Positions 30,642 to 32,000 of a stretch of 32,000 nucleotides of DNA are shown here, piece by piece. Each line of letters starts with the position of its first letter. The first letter of the stretch is position 1. This DNA comes from Gemmata obscuriglobus (GTDB taxonomy: Bacteria; Planctomycetota; Planctomycetia; Gemmatales; Gemmataceae): contig NZ_CP042911.1 in the NCBI RefSeq assembly GCF_008065095.1, forward strand, positions 3,630,001 through 3,662,000. Direction: 5' to 3'. A program made the translations under genes and the position numbers. Under the pieces are notes generated by a model. It was given only the letters and a program-made list of their open reading frames with translations, did not search any database and was not told the origin of the DNA.

Positions 30642-31567
30642 AAGTCATCACCGAGCCTTCGGTTTACGTCTTGGGCCGACAAACGGTCGATCAGGCCGAA
30701 CTCGATCGATTTTTGGTCGACCACGGCGTGAGCTGGGAGAGTGACAGCGAGGTCGCTGGCGAAGTGCTCACGGAAACGGCGGGACGCGTCTGTTATATGT
30801 CGTTCGCGAAGCCGCGACCGGGCGGCAACAGCGCGTACCTGACCCACATCAAGGAAGTGGGGCACGGGAGCGTGCTGGAGCACGCGGTGTGGAACCTGCT
30901 CCTCACCGGGGTGTCGCGGTCGCTCACGCACGAGCTGGTGCGGCACCGCGCCGGGTTCGGGTTCAGCCAGCTCTCGCAGCGGTACGTGGACGAGTCGGTG
31001 GCCGAGTACGTGGAGCCCGACATCATCGCCCGCGACCCCGAGTTGCACGCGATCTGGCTCGAATCGGTGAAGCAGTCGCACGCGGCGTACATGAAGCTCG
31101 CCGACGCGCTCAGCGCGAAGCTAACGAACACGTTCGGTCCGTGCGACAACCCGAACTGTGAGCGTGGTTACCAAGCGGACCACCTGAAGGTTCGGACCTA
31201 TGTGGCTTGCCCCACATGCAAAGGGAGTCCCAGTAAGGCATGGTACGCTGCGCCGCTCGGTCGGTTTGTGCCGGGATGGGAGAACGGTCTGACCGCGACT
31301 GATCGCCGCAAGGCCGCGCGTCAGGCCGCGCGGAGCGTGCTGCCGAACGCCACCGAGACCAAGATCTTCATCACCGCGAACGCCCGTGCTCTGCGGCACT
31401 TCATGGAGCAGCGTGGATCGGTCCACGCCGAACCGGAGATTCGGAAGCTCTCGTGCGCGATCCTTGACGCGCTCCAGAAAGACGCCCCCAACCTCTTCAG
31501 TGACTACCAGAAGGTGCCCCTTCCCGACGGCACGTTTGAACTGGTGACGCAGTTCAAGAAGGTGTGA
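30638..31567 (+). CDS. thyX: flavin-dependent thymidylate synthase ThyX with an internal Cys4 insertion
   Basis: ATG 30638 (ATGA overlap, ACGGAGG SD). ThyX signature LTHELVRHRAGFGFSQLSQRY (RHRxxSxxxxSxR). 309 aa. Confidence 0.85.
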   Translation: MKVITEPSVYVLGRQTVDQAELDRFLVDHGVSWESDSEVAGEVLTETAGRVCYMSFAKPRPGGNSAYLTHIKEVGHGSVLEHAVWNLLLTGVSRSLTHELVRHRAGFGFSQLSQRYVDESVAEYVEPDIIARDPELHAIWLESVKQSHAAYMKLADALSAKLTNTFGPCDNPNCERGYQADHLKVRTYVACPTCKGSPSKAWYAAPLGRFVPGWENGLTATDRRKAARQAARSVLPNATETKIFITANARALRHFMEQRGSVHAEPEIRKLSCAILDALQKDAPNLFSDYQKVPLPDGTFELVTQFKKV

Positions 31568-31578
31568 GGAGCCGCAGC

Positions 31579-31884
31579 ATGAGCCAGAAGTCCAAGTCCC
31601 CACAAGAGGTGGCGAGAGAGCAAACGCTCGCGATCTCGGAACACCTGTACCTCGCCGGCCGCGACGGGCTGACCGCCGAGCAACTGGCCGGCGCGGCCAA
31701 GTTTCCGGTCGAGATCGTTCGAAAGCGGCTCCACGCCGGCGGCCCGAACTGTGCGAACCCCGAGTGGCGGCGGTTCACGTTCGACCGGCTGACGAACCGC
31801 TGGGCACTGACGCTCGGTGGGGAGCAAGTTTTGAAGAGAAGTGGTCGCGCGACCACCCGCCCGGGGCGGCGGCGGATCGCCTGA
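31579..31884 (+). CDS. hypothetical (winged-helix-like?) protein
   Basis: ATG 31579 lies 8 nt after GGAG. 101 aa. A palindrome copy lies in its last 15 codons. Confidence 0.5.
   Translation: MSQKSKSPQEVAREQTLAISEHLYLAGRDGLTAEQLAGAAKFPVEIVRKRLHAGGPNCANPEWRRFTFDRLTNRWALTLGGEQVLKRSGRATTRPGRRRIA
31841..31856. repeat. palindrome copy (16/16)
   Basis: In the last codons of gene 31579..31884 (SGRATT). Confidence 0.95.
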
Positions 31885-31890
31885 CCGGTC

Positions 31891-31898
31891 TACCATAA
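31891..31898 (+). promoter_or_regulatory. TACCATAA box in front of an apparently leaderless gene
   Basis: TACCATAAatcATG; same 5-nt spacing as at 13551; no SD. Confidence 0.45.
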
Positions 31899-31901
31899 AT
31901 C

Positions 31902-32000
31902 ATGAGCGTTGCACTGACCGGAACCGGTGGGTTCTTCACCCGCTTGGGGAAGCTGGGGAAGCTGCTCTACGCCGTCAACGGCGACCAGTCCGGGTACGCC
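31902..32000 (+). CDS. hypothetical protein, N-terminal fragment (runs off window)
   Basis: ATG 31902 lies 5 nt after the TACCATAA box with no SD. Open to the window end: MSVALTGTGGFFTRLGKLGKLLYAVNGDQSGYA. Confidence 0.45.
   Translation, partial: MSVALTGTGGFFTRLGKLGKLLYAVNGDQSGYA

Noticed and set aside
262-31856. The palindromes as ordinary rho-independent terminators.
   Set aside because: The hairpin is only 6-9 bp with a 4-nt loop, and most copies lack a U-tract. Copies occur inside essential ORFs and between obviously co-transcribed genes. A simple terminator role at every junction would block operon expression.

Overview
This is about 32 kb of a high-GC tailed-phage or prophage-like element. 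Hand counts on sample lines give roughly low-to-mid 60s % GC. The host is probably a Planctomycete (Gemmata-like), based on a TIGR02996-type 'YADWLDEH..RAEYIRL' domain, though that lineage call is only an inference. Gene order from left to right: Toprim fragment; SNF2 helicase-DNA methyltransferase fusion; beta clamp; PAPS-reductase-like PP-loop enzyme; Vsr/DUF559-like nuclease; sigma-70-family factor; terminase small and large subunits; a 1365-aa portal-containing ORF; a head module (protease/scaffold-like, DUF2190-like decoration, capsid, DUF1320-like adaptor); a low-GC two-gene island; superinfection-immunity-like membrane genes; an inverted tail operon (tube-like, chaperone with a -1 frameshift site, tape-measure-like); a 628-aa virion protein; an orphan CRISPR-like array; small Cys/Trp-rich genes; two XRE regulators; and a ThyX region. 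Two signals stand out. (1) A cas-less 8-repeat CRISPR-like array lies inside the element, 9 nt after a structural gene. Three of its 7 spacers are diverged copies of the element's own adjacent tail genes, and the differences are mostly silent or conservative codon changes. The repeats keep their stem but vary in the loop. (2) The 16-bp perfect palindrome GTGGTCGCGCGACCAC occurs 39 times (20 perfect copies). It sits at essentially every non-overlapping gene junction just upstream of the ribosome-binding site, and in-frame at apparent inter-domain linkers inside genes. Other observations: a recurring CGGCC-TACCATAA promoter-like box, two of which sit in front of apparently leaderless genes; a canonical C_CCT_TTC slippery site in the tail chaperone; and a low-GC island bounded by palindrome copies. 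All functional calls come from motif recognition by eye and from synteny. No database search was possible.
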